Source: an uncultured Methanosarcinales archaeon (GTDB lineage Archaea > Nanobdellota > Nanobdellia > Woesearchaeales > GW2011-AR9). From it: a stretch of DNA of 64,000 bases. The DNA lies in the NCBI GenBank assembly GCA_964510085.1, contig CAZEAB010000001.1:78583-142582 (forward strand), read 5' to 3'. Under the pieces are notes generated by a model, which saw nothing but the letters and a program-made list of their open reading frames with translations, searched no databases and was not told the origin of the DNA. The translations under genes and the position numbers were made by a program. Shown here piece after piece: positions 48,157 through 55,967 of this stretch. How positions within the stretch are numbered: position 1 is the first letter of the stretch; every line of letters begins with the position of its first letter.

Positions 48157-48187
48157 AACCATATACGCAAGTGACAAAAACAAAGAT

Positions 48188-48195
48188 TTTATAAA
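48188..48195 (+). promoter_or_regulatory. palindromic TATA box (TTTATAAA) for gene 48218
   Basis: 22 nt upstream of the ATG at 48218. Lies between E4 and the gene. Confidence 0.5.
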
Positions 48196-48217
48196 GTTTT
48201 TAGTTAAATATGGTAAT

Positions 48218-48757
48218 ATGGTGGGTGGAATTATTGATACTCTTAAATCGTATGCTTTAGATATAGTAGTAGGCATTATTATTTTGATAGTAGGATTTGG
48301 GCTAGGAATTCTTGCAAAGAAAGTTATGAGAAGAATTCTCAAAGAAGTTCATCTTAACAGAGTTATGAGTAATGTTGGCATTACACATAATATAGAAAAG
48401 GCAATAAGTAACATAGTAATGTATCTTATTTACTTATTCACTATCATCTACTTTCTTGATTATTTAGGTATTACCTCAGTAGTTGTATATCTTATAGCAG
48501 GAGCTATTCTTGCTCTCTTAATCTTAACATTACTTGTCGGTTTAAAGGACGTTATTCCAAACTTTTTTGCATGGATTATCTTACAAAGAAAAGGTAAAGT
48601 AATTGTAGGAAGAAGAGTAGATGTAAAAGAAATTTCGGGAGTTGTAGAGAAGATTGGATATCTTGAAACTGAAATTAAAACAGAGCGTGAAGATATTTTA
48701 TATGTTCCAAATTCATTATTCTTAAAAACTAAATTTTGGGTAAGAAAAAAACATTAA
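48218..48757 (+). CDS. small MscS-like membrane protein
   Basis: TM-helix repeats, then ..GRRVDVKEISGVVEKIGYLETEIKTEREDILYVPNS.. MscS beta-domain-like segment. Confidence 0.5.
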   Translation: MVGGIIDTLKSYALDIVVGIIILIVGFGLGILAKKVMRRILKEVHLNRVMSNVGITHNIEKAISNIVMYLIYLFTIIYFLDYLGITSVVVYLIAGAILALLILTLLVGLKDVIPNFFAWIILQRKGKVIVGRRVDVKEISGVVEKIGYLETEIKTEREDILYVPNSLFLKTKFWVRKKH

Positions 48758-48759
48758 AT

Positions 48760-48996
48760 CTAATTCTTACAACTTTCTAATAAACTAATTACATCCCATA
48801 TTTGGGTTCTATGGTATGAAGGCATTTCAAATGTGTTTAGTTCTTCTAATTCAAGTAACGCTTTATTAACACATAATTCTTGTTCACTTCCTAATAATGT
48901 AATGATTTTAGTTGTCTGGTCTTTACATCGTTTACTAAAATCTCGTTCTTCTTGTAATTCTTGTAAGAAATCTATTGCTTCTTGAACTTCACTCAT
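48760..48996 (-). CDS. small helical protein (UPF0147-like)
   Basis: 78 aa, helical, downstream of and overlapping prefoldin beta. Confidence 0.35.
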   Translation of the reverse strand: MSEVQEAIDFLQELQEERDFSKRCKDQTTKIITLLGSEQELCVNKALLELEELNTFEMPSYHRTQIWDVISLLESCKN

Positions 48997-49300
48997 CTTT
49001 CATTTCCTTAACTGCTTCCTTTTGAAGAGATTCCATTGATGTTTTCAATTGAGCTTCCTGGGAGATAAAACTTTTTAATCGAACTTCTGCGTTTTCTTTC
49101 TGTTCCTTTAAATCTGAAACTAATTTGTCTGAAGGAGTTGCAATCATTATCTTTCCTACAATTTTATATGTTTGAGAAGTGCTTGCAAGTTCAGATATTG
49201 CAGAATCTAATTCTGTGATTTGTGTTTCTAATTGTTGCTTTTGAGCTAGAATATGTTGTAAATTTTGCTGAACTAATTGTAATTCTTCAACTTTTCCCAT
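48989..49300 (-). CDS. pfdB: prefoldin beta subunit
   Basis: 103-aa coiled coil - beta hairpin - coiled coil (..QTYKIVGKIMIATPSDKLVSDLKEQ..). Confidence 0.8.
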   Translation of the reverse strand: MGKVEELQLVQQNLQHILAQKQQLETQITELDSAISELASTSQTYKIVGKIMIATPSDKLVSDLKEQKENAEVRLKSFISQEAQLKTSMESLQKEAVKEMKDE

Positions 49301-49304
49301 TTTC

Positions 49305-49439
49305 TTATCGGGCTTTTACTGTAACGACAGTCCGTCTGTCTTTAAATAGAATTTTAAATCCACAGTAAGGGCATCTTACTTTAGACCTAGTATACTCGTC
49401 ATCTACTTTTTTTCCGCATTGTAAACATAGATAATACAT
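49305..49439 (-). CDS. rpoP: DNA-directed RNA polymerase subunit P (Rpo12)
   Basis: Internal start MYYLCLQCGKK...VRCPYCGFKILFK zinc ribbon. Begins 2 nt after the eL43 stop. Confidence 0.75.
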   Translation of the reverse strand: MYYLCLQCGKKVDDEYTRSKVRCPYCGFKILFKDRRTVVTVKAR

Positions 49440-49440
49440 T

Positions 49441-49632
49441 TTATACCGTGTACGCCTTTCCAGCGAATTTTGTTTCACACTTAGAGCATTCCCAAATTCC
49501 AACAGCTTCTCGTTTTACTGCAGTTTTATTACAATAAGGGCACTTATGCTTAGATCTTTGAACTTTTTCAATCTGTGCAAACTTCTTCTTCGGTTTTCGT
49601 CCGTATCGTGCTCCAAATCTTTTTATTGACAT
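49441..49632 (-). CDS. rpl37ae: ribosomal protein eL43 (L37Ae)
   Basis: Start at MSIKRFGARYGRK... CPYC...CSKC zinc ribbon. The upstream part of the ORF-track frame overlaps the tRNA and is not coding. Confidence 0.85.
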   Translation of the reverse strand: MSIKRFGARYGRKPKKKFAQIEKVQRSKHKCPYCNKTAVKREAVGIWECSKCETKFAGKAYTV

Positions 49633-49658
49633 TTTTGTTTCCTCGTATGTGAATAAGA

Positions 49659-49733
49659 TGGGGTTGCCCGGATTTGAACCGGGGTCCAATGGCCCCAAAC
49701 CATCGATGCTAAACCAAGCTACACTACAACCCC
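49659..49733 (-). tRNA. tRNA-Pro (anticodon UGG)
   Basis: The reverse complement GGGGTTGTAGTGTAGCTTGGTTTAGCATCGATGGTTTGGGGCCATTGGACCCCGGTTCAAATCCGGGCAACCCCA folds as a cloverleaf: 7-bp acceptor, T-arm CCCGG/TTCAAAT/CCGGG, anticodon loop TT-TGG-GG. No encoded CCA. A TTTATAAA box lies just upstream. Confidence 0.9.
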
Positions 49734-49845
49734 AATAGTCAGTTTATAAACCTTGCGGTTAAAAAACAAACATTGTTTATTCAAGAGGAGATACCTCATT
49801 TAAAAGGTTTATGGTTAAATTAGCCATGTCTGGAATAGGGCATTT

Positions 49846-49918
49846 TTGTATACTAGCGCCCTGGCTTGCCGAGCCGGGTACTCGCAAGAGTACGAATCCG
49901 GCGTGCCCTAGTATACAA
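49846..49918 (+). repeat. GC-rich structured intergenic element, copy E5
   Basis: TTGTATACTAGCGCCCTGGCTTGCCGAGCCGG-GTACTCGCAAGAGTAC-GAATCCGGCGTGCCCTAGTATACAA. 11-bp closing stem. AAAAGGTTTAT box ~35 nt upstream. Confidence 0.8.
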
Positions 49919-49949
49919 TTTAATGCTATTCCAGGTAAAACTGGTTAAA

Positions 49950-50981
49950 TTAGTACCCTTTAATAGAGTGTAATTCTTTACTCGCCACAGTTAAAACCTT
50001 TAACTTTCCATTAAAGATAACTGTGTCTTCTATTCGTAAACCAAACTTACCTGGAAAATAAATGCCTGGTTCAATTGTAAAAGGGACATTATATTTTATT
50101 TTTCCATTTGTAAACACAGGATTTTCATGAACTTCTAACCCAATCCCGTGACCTAATGAATGGATAAACTTCTTTTCATGTTTACCAAGAGATTTTCTCG
50201 CCTTTGTATCTAAATCTTTATACTTTACTCCTTCCGCTATAGCTAAGCGAGCATCTTCTTGAGATTTAAATAACAAATTATACCAACCAACTTCTTCCTT
50301 TGAAGGTTTTCCTAGAAAAACCATTCTTGTCATATCTGCGCAATAATTTTTGTACTTTGCACCAAAGTCAATAAGTAAGAAACCTCGTTGTAATTCTGAG
50401 TTACTAGTAATGTGGTGGGGTATGGCTGCATTCTTCCCCATAGCGACGATTGTTGGAAATGCGACTTCTCCTCCCTCATTTTGAAAATGTCTTTCTAGAA
50501 AGAACGCTACATCTTGTTCTGTATGTAATGATTTTTTTGGTAATTCTTGAAGTAACGCATCAAATGCATTTGAAGTAATTTTACACGCTTTAGAGATACA
50601 TCGAATTTCTTTCTTTGTTTTTGTTTCCCGCAATGTTGATAATGTAGAAGAAACATCAACTACCTTTGCTTTAGGAAACATCTTCTTCATATTCTCTAAA
50701 GAAGATACTGTTAATGATTGTTTATTCACCCCTAATTTTGCTGTCTTCTTAGATAACTTCTTCTTCCAATCTTTACTAAAATATTGCACATCGATTCCTT
50801 CTATTTTCTTCATCTTATCTAATTTTGTAATAAGAAAAGTTGCTTTCCTTGGTGTTATACAAAGAACTGCATGAGATGGGGCCATTTGCGTAAAATATGT
50901 AATACAAGGATCCGGATGTGTGAATATCGCTACACCTATTTTGTTTTTACGTAAGTATGATTGAAATTCTTGAAGTTTCAT
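49950..50981 (-). CDS. Xaa-Pro aminopeptidase/dipeptidase (M24B)
   Basis: Metal ligands in ..LLIDFGAKYKNYCADMTR.. and ..HSLGHGIGLEVHE.. and ..FTIEPGIY... Confidence 0.85.
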   Translation of the reverse strand: MKLQEFQSYLRKNKIGVAIFTHPDPCITYFTQMAPSHAVLCITPRKATFLITKLDKMKKIEGIDVQYFSKDWKKKLSKKTAKLGVNKQSLTVSSLENMKKMFPKAKVVDVSSTLSTLRETKTKKEIRCISKACKITSNAFDALLQELPKKSLHTEQDVAFFLERHFQNEGGEVAFPTIVAMGKNAAIPHHITSNSELQRGFLLIDFGAKYKNYCADMTRMVFLGKPSKEEVGWYNLLFKSQEDARLAIAEGVKYKDLDTKARKSLGKHEKKFIHSLGHGIGLEVHENPVFTNGKIKYNVPFTIEPGIYFPGKFGLRIEDTVIFNGKLKVLTVASKELHSIKGY

Positions 50982-51021
50982 TGTATGAATAAAACAACCA
51001 CCATTTAATTACTTTTCTTAA

Positions 51022-51091
51022 TGTATGCCTGGGCCCTGGCTTGCCGAGGCGGGTACACGTAGTGTACGAATCCGCCGTGCCATGGCATACA
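51022..51091 (+). repeat. GC-rich structured intergenic element, copy E6
   Basis: TGTATGCCTGGGCCCTGGCTTGCCGAGGCGG-GTACACGTAGTGTAC-GAATCCGCCGTGCCATGGCATACA. Ends 3 nt from the stop of the upstream gene. Confidence 0.8.
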
Positions 51092-51094
51092 AAT

Positions 51095-51676
51095 TTATTT
51101 TTTAACTGATGAATGCCTAATATGTAACAAAGCATACGCAACCATAATAAGTGCAACAATACCAAATACAATCAATAGAACTATTGGAAACTTCTTTTCA
51201 CTTCTTTTTTCTACTTCAAATTCCTGCACGGCTTTCTCAATATCCTGCACTATTTTATCTTCTACAAATGGAAATAAATCAATAAGTAATTTCTCTTCTA
51301 ATTTATCATCATACACCCGTATAACAACCGCATCTTCATAATATGGAACATAAATTTTGTGTTTCACATAATCTAAGGTAGTTGTGCCGCCGCCAACTAC
51401 CTTACCATTTTCATCTACATTATCATAAAGAATTGTGTGAGGAATAGAGAAATATGTTAAATTACGTAACTCAAAATCGTATGCAAGAACTTCTGCAATA
51501 TAATCTGCACCAAGATTCTCTAAGACTTCGGAAGAAGGAATAACTCTCACTAAAGATGTAGAAAGATTTCCTTTATTATATTCTACATCAATCTCGTAAT
51601 AGTTCGCTCCAATTACCCCTGGCAATAATATTAATAATACTATTACCAAGAACACATGTCCTTTATATCGTCGCAT
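51095..51676 (-). CDS. hypothetical surface protein (N-terminal signal/anchor plus C-terminal TM)
   Basis: 193 aa. MRRYKGHVFLVIVLLILLPG.. N-terminus and a C-terminal hydrophobic helix. Last gene of a three-gene operon. Confidence 0.4.
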   Translation of the reverse strand: MRRYKGHVFLVIVLLILLPGVIGANYYEIDVEYNKGNLSTSLVRVIPSSEVLENLGADYIAEVLAYDFELRNLTYFSIPHTILYDNVDENGKVVGGGTTTLDYVKHKIYVPYYEDAVVIRVYDDKLEEKLLIDLFPFVEDKIVQDIEKAVQEFEVEKRSEKKFPIVLLIVFGIVALIMVAYALLHIRHSSVKK

Positions 51677-53838
51677 CCTTCTTTACTTATTCCTCCTCTG
51701 TCACAGAGTATTTTAAATTTACTACAATGAATTTTATGTTCTTGACTTCCCCATTCATATTCCCCTGATTCTTCATGAATCAAATCTATATAACATGCTT
51801 CATGAGCACATTCAATATGGGTTGCAATATCTTCTTCAATATTATTGCAACCATACGCTCTTATACACCCCTTTCCTGGACCCCTACTGTTTTTTTCCGT
51901 ACTTAGCTTCGCCCATTCTTCTGCATTCACTCCTGCAACCACTTTAGGTCCTAAACCAACCCCATAAGGTAACTTTCCATCTATTTTAGCAACTGCTTTC
52001 CATTGATCTTCAAAGGTTTCCACTTTATCTGAGTCATATAATTTTTTAAATTCAGCTGCTTCTTCAGAAGTTATTGGTGCGGGAGAATAATCTACATATC
52101 CTAACTCCTCGTATTTAACTGAAATAAATCTACCTCTACGATATCTTGGTTTATTTATAGTAACCCCTTTAAATTCTCTCTCTATTAACTTTCCATCTTG
52201 CACAACTAACTCAACCCCATATTTTTTCTCTAGCAATCTCTTATAATGTAATGTGAGAGAATTCTGTTTTGCCTTTCTATCTTGTTCGTTTTGATTATTA
52301 TGAAATCCGTGGCCAGCTTCATGTGCTAATATTGCTTCGGAAGGTGTGTGATGAACAATCATTCTATTCGTCCAACTCATACATCCTGCCGATTTTTTAC
52401 CACAATGTTTCTGAACATCTTCTACCAAGTGAATTTCTTTAATGGATTTCTGTAAAGTGGGAGGTAAATCTCCTAACTTTGTATTTAAATCAGGAATATC
52501 TTGAACACGGATAGCTCCTTCGAGTTTTATGCCTGTATCTTTTGTAAATCTTCCTTTCGCCTGATGTAACGCAACAGTGCTTTTACCAAAATCTAACGCA
52601 CAAGAGGTACATTCAAATTCCTCTCTTTCTGTAGAAGTTGTAAGAATATTATTTTTTGAATCTGTAACTAACCTCATATTTTTGCCTTGTAAGACAAGAG
52701 GGGTGGAATGAACCTCTATTGTTTCATACGTTTTTGTTCCATCCGGATGGGTAACTATTTTTCTCCGTTCAGGAAGCATCCTATATTCAATTTTTCCTTC
52801 CAAACTTTTGATATCGGCTCTTCCAGAAGTAACATCCACATCTCCTTTTGTAACAATAAGAGGAACTTTTCCTTCTCTTTTTTGATAGTCTACTGAAGAT
52901 TCTATACCATCTACTTTTATAATAAATATAGTCAGTTTTTTCTTTTCTTCAAGGCCAGGAGATCCAAATTTTGTTCCTAAATTAATATTTATGTTGTTAT
53001 AAGAGTACGCTACCACTCCCTCCGTTTTTATATCCTCTCCATCTGTCCATGTTTTTGCAACAATCCTGTCCTTACTAACATAAATTCCATGAATCCCTTC
53101 CTCCCCCTCTGGAGTTTCTAACTCTTTTGGATCATCAACAATGTAAAATTTCTTTCCACTGGCAAACCTAGTCCCTTCAATCGTAATCCAAGCACTTTGT
53201 GGTAGAAAATCGCCAACTTCTATTTCTCCACTATTATATCTCTTTCCATTTACTGTAATGGGTTCTTTACCAAAAAAAACCGAATACTTTCCCTCACCAA
53301 ATGAATCACAATGTTGGTAGGGTACTATTAACATTTTTTGAGATAATTCACCAGTATCTATAGATCTCAGTGTATCAATTTTAATCTCACTAGAACGAGC
53401 AATAGAAGTACCGAGGTCAATTTCTGTCGATCCACTAGAAAGTTTGCTCCCTCTTACTTTTGTGGGGCCTTCTATTCTCTTTACTTTAACTTTAAACCCA
53501 CTATTAATTGCAACCTTTGCTTTTTCTTTATCCACTTGTGAAGTTAAATCTTCAATCTTGTTAAAGTTAAATTGTATTTGGGTGGGAGTCATACTAAATC
53601 GTTGCGCTGTACTAAGTGCTTCATATGCCAATCTGTCCGGAGGAACGTGTTGTATCCTCTCTGGAGGAATTCTGGTCCAATCAACCGTATTCCAATCCAC
53701 AACAGCATAATCTCCATTAACATAATCAAACGATTCTGGGAAAAATGCAGGAGACTCTTCGACAGCACAGACCTCTCCATCAGCGCATTCAGCTAGAACA
53801 AAAGGCACTAGCAACAATAAAACCCACCAATACCTCAT
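51643..53838 (-). CDS. large secreted protein with HExxH zincin-like motif
   Basis: 731 aa. Signal peptide MRYWWVLLLLVPFVLAEC. ..AILAHEAGHGFHNNQ... Cys-rich C-terminus. Confidence 0.5.
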   Translation of the reverse strand: MRYWWVLLLLVPFVLAECADGEVCAVEESPAFFPESFDYVNGDYAVVDWNTVDWTRIPPERIQHVPPDRLAYEALSTAQRFSMTPTQIQFNFNKIEDLTSQVDKEKAKVAINSGFKVKVKRIEGPTKVRGSKLSSGSTEIDLGTSIARSSEIKIDTLRSIDTGELSQKMLIVPYQHCDSFGEGKYSVFFGKEPITVNGKRYNSGEIEVGDFLPQSAWITIEGTRFASGKKFYIVDDPKELETPEGEEGIHGIYVSKDRIVAKTWTDGEDIKTEGVVAYSYNNININLGTKFGSPGLEEKKKLTIFIIKVDGIESSVDYQKREGKVPLIVTKGDVDVTSGRADIKSLEGKIEYRMLPERRKIVTHPDGTKTYETIEVHSTPLVLQGKNMRLVTDSKNNILTTSTEREEFECTSCALDFGKSTVALHQAKGRFTKDTGIKLEGAIRVQDIPDLNTKLGDLPPTLQKSIKEIHLVEDVQKHCGKKSAGCMSWTNRMIVHHTPSEAILAHEAGHGFHNNQNEQDRKAKQNSLTLHYKRLLEKKYGVELVVQDGKLIEREFKGVTINKPRYRRGRFISVKYEELGYVDYSPAPITSEEAAEFKKLYDSDKVETFEDQWKAVAKIDGKLPYGVGLGPKVVAGVNAEEWAKLSTEKNSRGPGKGCIRAYGCNNIEEDIATHIECAHEACYIDLIHEESGEYEWGSQEHKIHCSKFKILCDRGGISKEGCDDIKDMCSW

Positions 53839-54551
53839 TGTTCACCCCAGTTATATTGATTCACAAACGAATATGTTATATCTTCCCCATACACATCAAA
53901 AATAACATCATTATCTACTGGGATCATTTCCACTCTAACATCCATTTTTTCAGAGATATCATGTAAACAGCTAATACACAACACGCTTTCTTCTTCCTGC
54001 TTTACAAACGCAGTAACACCCTTGTGAACTTTCCCAATATCGTGGGATTTTACTGTTGTAAACACATCAAATGATCGTGCGAGAGCATCTCTCTTTACAG
54101 TTAATGGAAATGTTACATCAAATAAAACAGTATCTTTCTTAACAGCCACATTTGTTTTTGGTTCACCTACATCAAAAGTATATCCTTGATTTCTAAATAT
54201 TAAAAAATTTTGAAGACAAAAGCGGAGTTCATTATCCACATACATTCCCAGTTGTGTTTCTAATTCTTTCTTAGAAATTACATTTTGTTCTCCACCATAG
54301 TAATAATAAGGTAAATCCCCATAAGATAATACCGGAAGTTGATAATATCCCCCATGTAATGAAACATAATCGACTCCTTGTGACGCAGTTGATTCAACAC
54401 ACGATTGAACATAATTTTGTATAGAATCTCCAAGAATATCTTGAGTTTCTGAAGAACTAAAACCAGACACGAGAAAGAAGACCAACGCGGCAGTGCCTAA
54501 AATGAGAATACCAACTATGAAAAACACCGTTATTTGTCCTCTTTTGTACAT
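53835..54551 (-). CDS. putative type IV pilin-like protein (class III signal peptide)
   Basis: N-terminus MYKRGQITVFFIVGILILGTAALVFFLV resembles the archaeal prepilin signal ([KR]G|Q followed by a hydrophobic helix). Confidence 0.45.
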   Translation of the reverse strand: MYKRGQITVFFIVGILILGTAALVFFLVSGFSSSETQDILGDSIQNYVQSCVESTASQGVDYVSLHGGYYQLPVLSYGDLPYYYYGGEQNVISKKELETQLGMYVDNELRFCLQNFLIFRNQGYTFDVGEPKTNVAVKKDTVLFDVTFPLTVKRDALARSFDVFTTVKSHDIGKVHKGVTAFVKQEEESVLCISCLHDISEKMDVRVEMIPVDNDVIFDVYGEDITYSFVNQYNWGEQ

Positions 54552-54623
54552 AGTATCTAGAATTGGTTGAAGATATTTAAATCTACCCTCTAACGGCCAG
54601 TGTAGAAAATCCCAATAATCTTA

Positions 54624-54692
54624 GCATTAGAGCACGGTGGATGTCGTTCCGTCTACGACGAAACCCACCTCGGCGAGCCAGGGCGCTAATGC
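54624..54692 (-). repeat. GC-rich structured intergenic element, copy E7 (inverted orientation)
   Basis: The reverse complement reads GCATTAGCGCCCTGGCTCGCCGAGGTGG-GTTTCGTCGTAGACGGAAC-GACATCCACCGTGCTCTAATGC. Confidence 0.75.
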
Positions 54693-54734
54693 AAAAAATA
54701 AAGGGCCCTCTTTCACAGCTTCTCTAACCAACAC

Positions 54735-54743
54735 CTATATAAA
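54735..54743 (+). promoter_or_regulatory. TATA box (CTATATAAA) for the M16 peptidase gene
   Basis: 21 nt upstream of the ATG at 54765. Confidence 0.5.
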
Positions 54744-54764
54744 CACTAAAATTATACTAAAATC

Positions 54765-55967
54765 ATGCAAAAGATTGTCCTACCGAATGGTCTACGGGTA
54801 TTATATGAACATAAAAAAACCAACTCCGTAGTTGTACAAGTTATGGTTAATGTTGGAAGTAATGACGAAGCTCCAGAAGAAAGAGGTATTGCGCATTTCT
54901 TAGAGCACATCTTATTTGAAGGTACAAAAAAACGACCTACAAACGAATTGATTTCCAATGAAATTGAAAAGATTGGCGGAGATTTTAATGCGTACACCAC
55001 GGCAGAGAAAACTTGTTTTTATGTAAAAGTGTTAAAGAAACATTTCAAGTTAGGTGTTGATATACTTGCAGATATAATTCAAAACTCACAATTTAAAAAG
55101 GAATTTGTGATGAAGGAACGGAACATTGTCTTAAAAGAAATTGATATGATTAATGATGAACCCCGATTCTATCAATGGTTACTACTCCAAAAACATTTGT
55201 TTGAAAAACATCCCTCTAAATATCCCACATACGGAACAAAGCAAGTTATTCGAAATTTAAATAGGGATAAAGTTATTACCTTTTTCAACAAACATTATGT
55301 TCCAAATAATATGGTTGTTTCAATAGTTGGAAACATTCCTAATTGGAAACAAGAAATAAAGAAAAAATTTATATTTCAACCAGAAAAAATTTCAAAAAGA
55401 AAAAGAGTGCGTGAACCAAAACAAAAAAGAAACAAATTAAGAAAGGAAAAAAGAGATGTAGCAAACACATACTTAGTAATGGGATTCAAAACAGTTCCAC
55501 GAAATCATAAAGATGCTGCAGTTCTTGAAGTAATAAATGGGATTCTTGGAAGAGGTCAAAGTGGAAGGATGTTTATTGAAATTCGAAGTAAGAGGGGTTT
55601 GGCGTATGATGTAGGAACACAACATGTAGCAGATAGATCTTTTGGATATTTTGCAGTATATGCCACTATTGACAAAAAAAATATTAAACTAGTTGATAGA
55701 TTAATTACGGAAGAAATTAATAAATTGTATAATGTGACTGAAAATGATTTGAAAGAAGCGAAAATGTTTATGGAAGGAAATTTCTTACTTAGCATTGAAG
55801 ATACTCAAAAATTAGCAGACGAATTGTTAAATTGGGAACAATTGGGAGATGCAAATCAGATGAACGCGTTTCTGAAATTAGTAAAGAAAGTTACAGTAAA
55901 GGATGTACAACGAGTGCTTAAAACATATTTTAAGCATCACACCACTACAATCTTAGAAGGGAAGTAG
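54765..55967 (+). CDS. M16 family (pitrilysin/insulinase-like) zinc peptidase
   Basis: Inverted zinc motif HFLEHILFEG (HxxEH). Confidence 0.8.
   Translation: MQKIVLPNGLRVLYEHKKTNSVVVQVMVNVGSNDEAPEERGIAHFLEHILFEGTKKRPTNELISNEIEKIGGDFNAYTTAEKTCFYVKVLKKHFKLGVDILADIIQNSQFKKEFVMKERNIVLKEIDMINDEPRFYQWLLLQKHLFEKHPSKYPTYGTKQVIRNLNRDKVITFFNKHYVPNNMVVSIVGNIPNWKQEIKKKFIFQPEKISKRKRVREPKQKRNKLRKEKRDVANTYLVMGFKTVPRNHKDAAVLEVINGILGRGQSGRMFIEIRSKRGLAYDVGTQHVADRSFGYFAVYATIDKKNIKLVDRLITEEINKLYNVTENDLKEAKMFMEGNFLLSIEDTQKLADELLNWEQLGDANQMNAFLKLVKKVTVKDVQRVLKTYFKHHTTTILEGK

Noticed and set aside
47935-48342. ORFs 47935..48174 (+) and 48076..48342 (-) crossing element E4. Similarly 50947..51171 (-) over E6, 54637..54831 (+) over E7 and 22499..22981 (+) over E3.
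   Set aside because: The open frames are created by the GC-rich repeat. The same pseudo-peptide RLGKPG appears in unrelated frames. They overlap real genes or promoters, so they are not coding.
3232-54692. E1-E7 as a CRISPR array, tRNA genes or split-tRNA halves
   Set aside because: The copies are kilobases apart, with no regular repeat-spacer spacing and no cas genes. No acceptor/D/anticodon arms can be drawn; only the P2+GAAUCC segment is T-arm-like. All copies share one core, unlike distinct tRNA halves.
3232-54692. E1-E7 as a known small self-cleaving ribozyme (hammerhead, twister, HDV-like)
   Set aside because: The three-helix size is suggestive. But the hammerhead CUGAUGA...GAAA core is absent. 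The CAAGCC on the complement resembles the twister AAGC loop only superficially, since here it is the covarying mini-hairpin. The 5' and 3' ends pair with each other, unlike the HDV nested pseudoknot topology.
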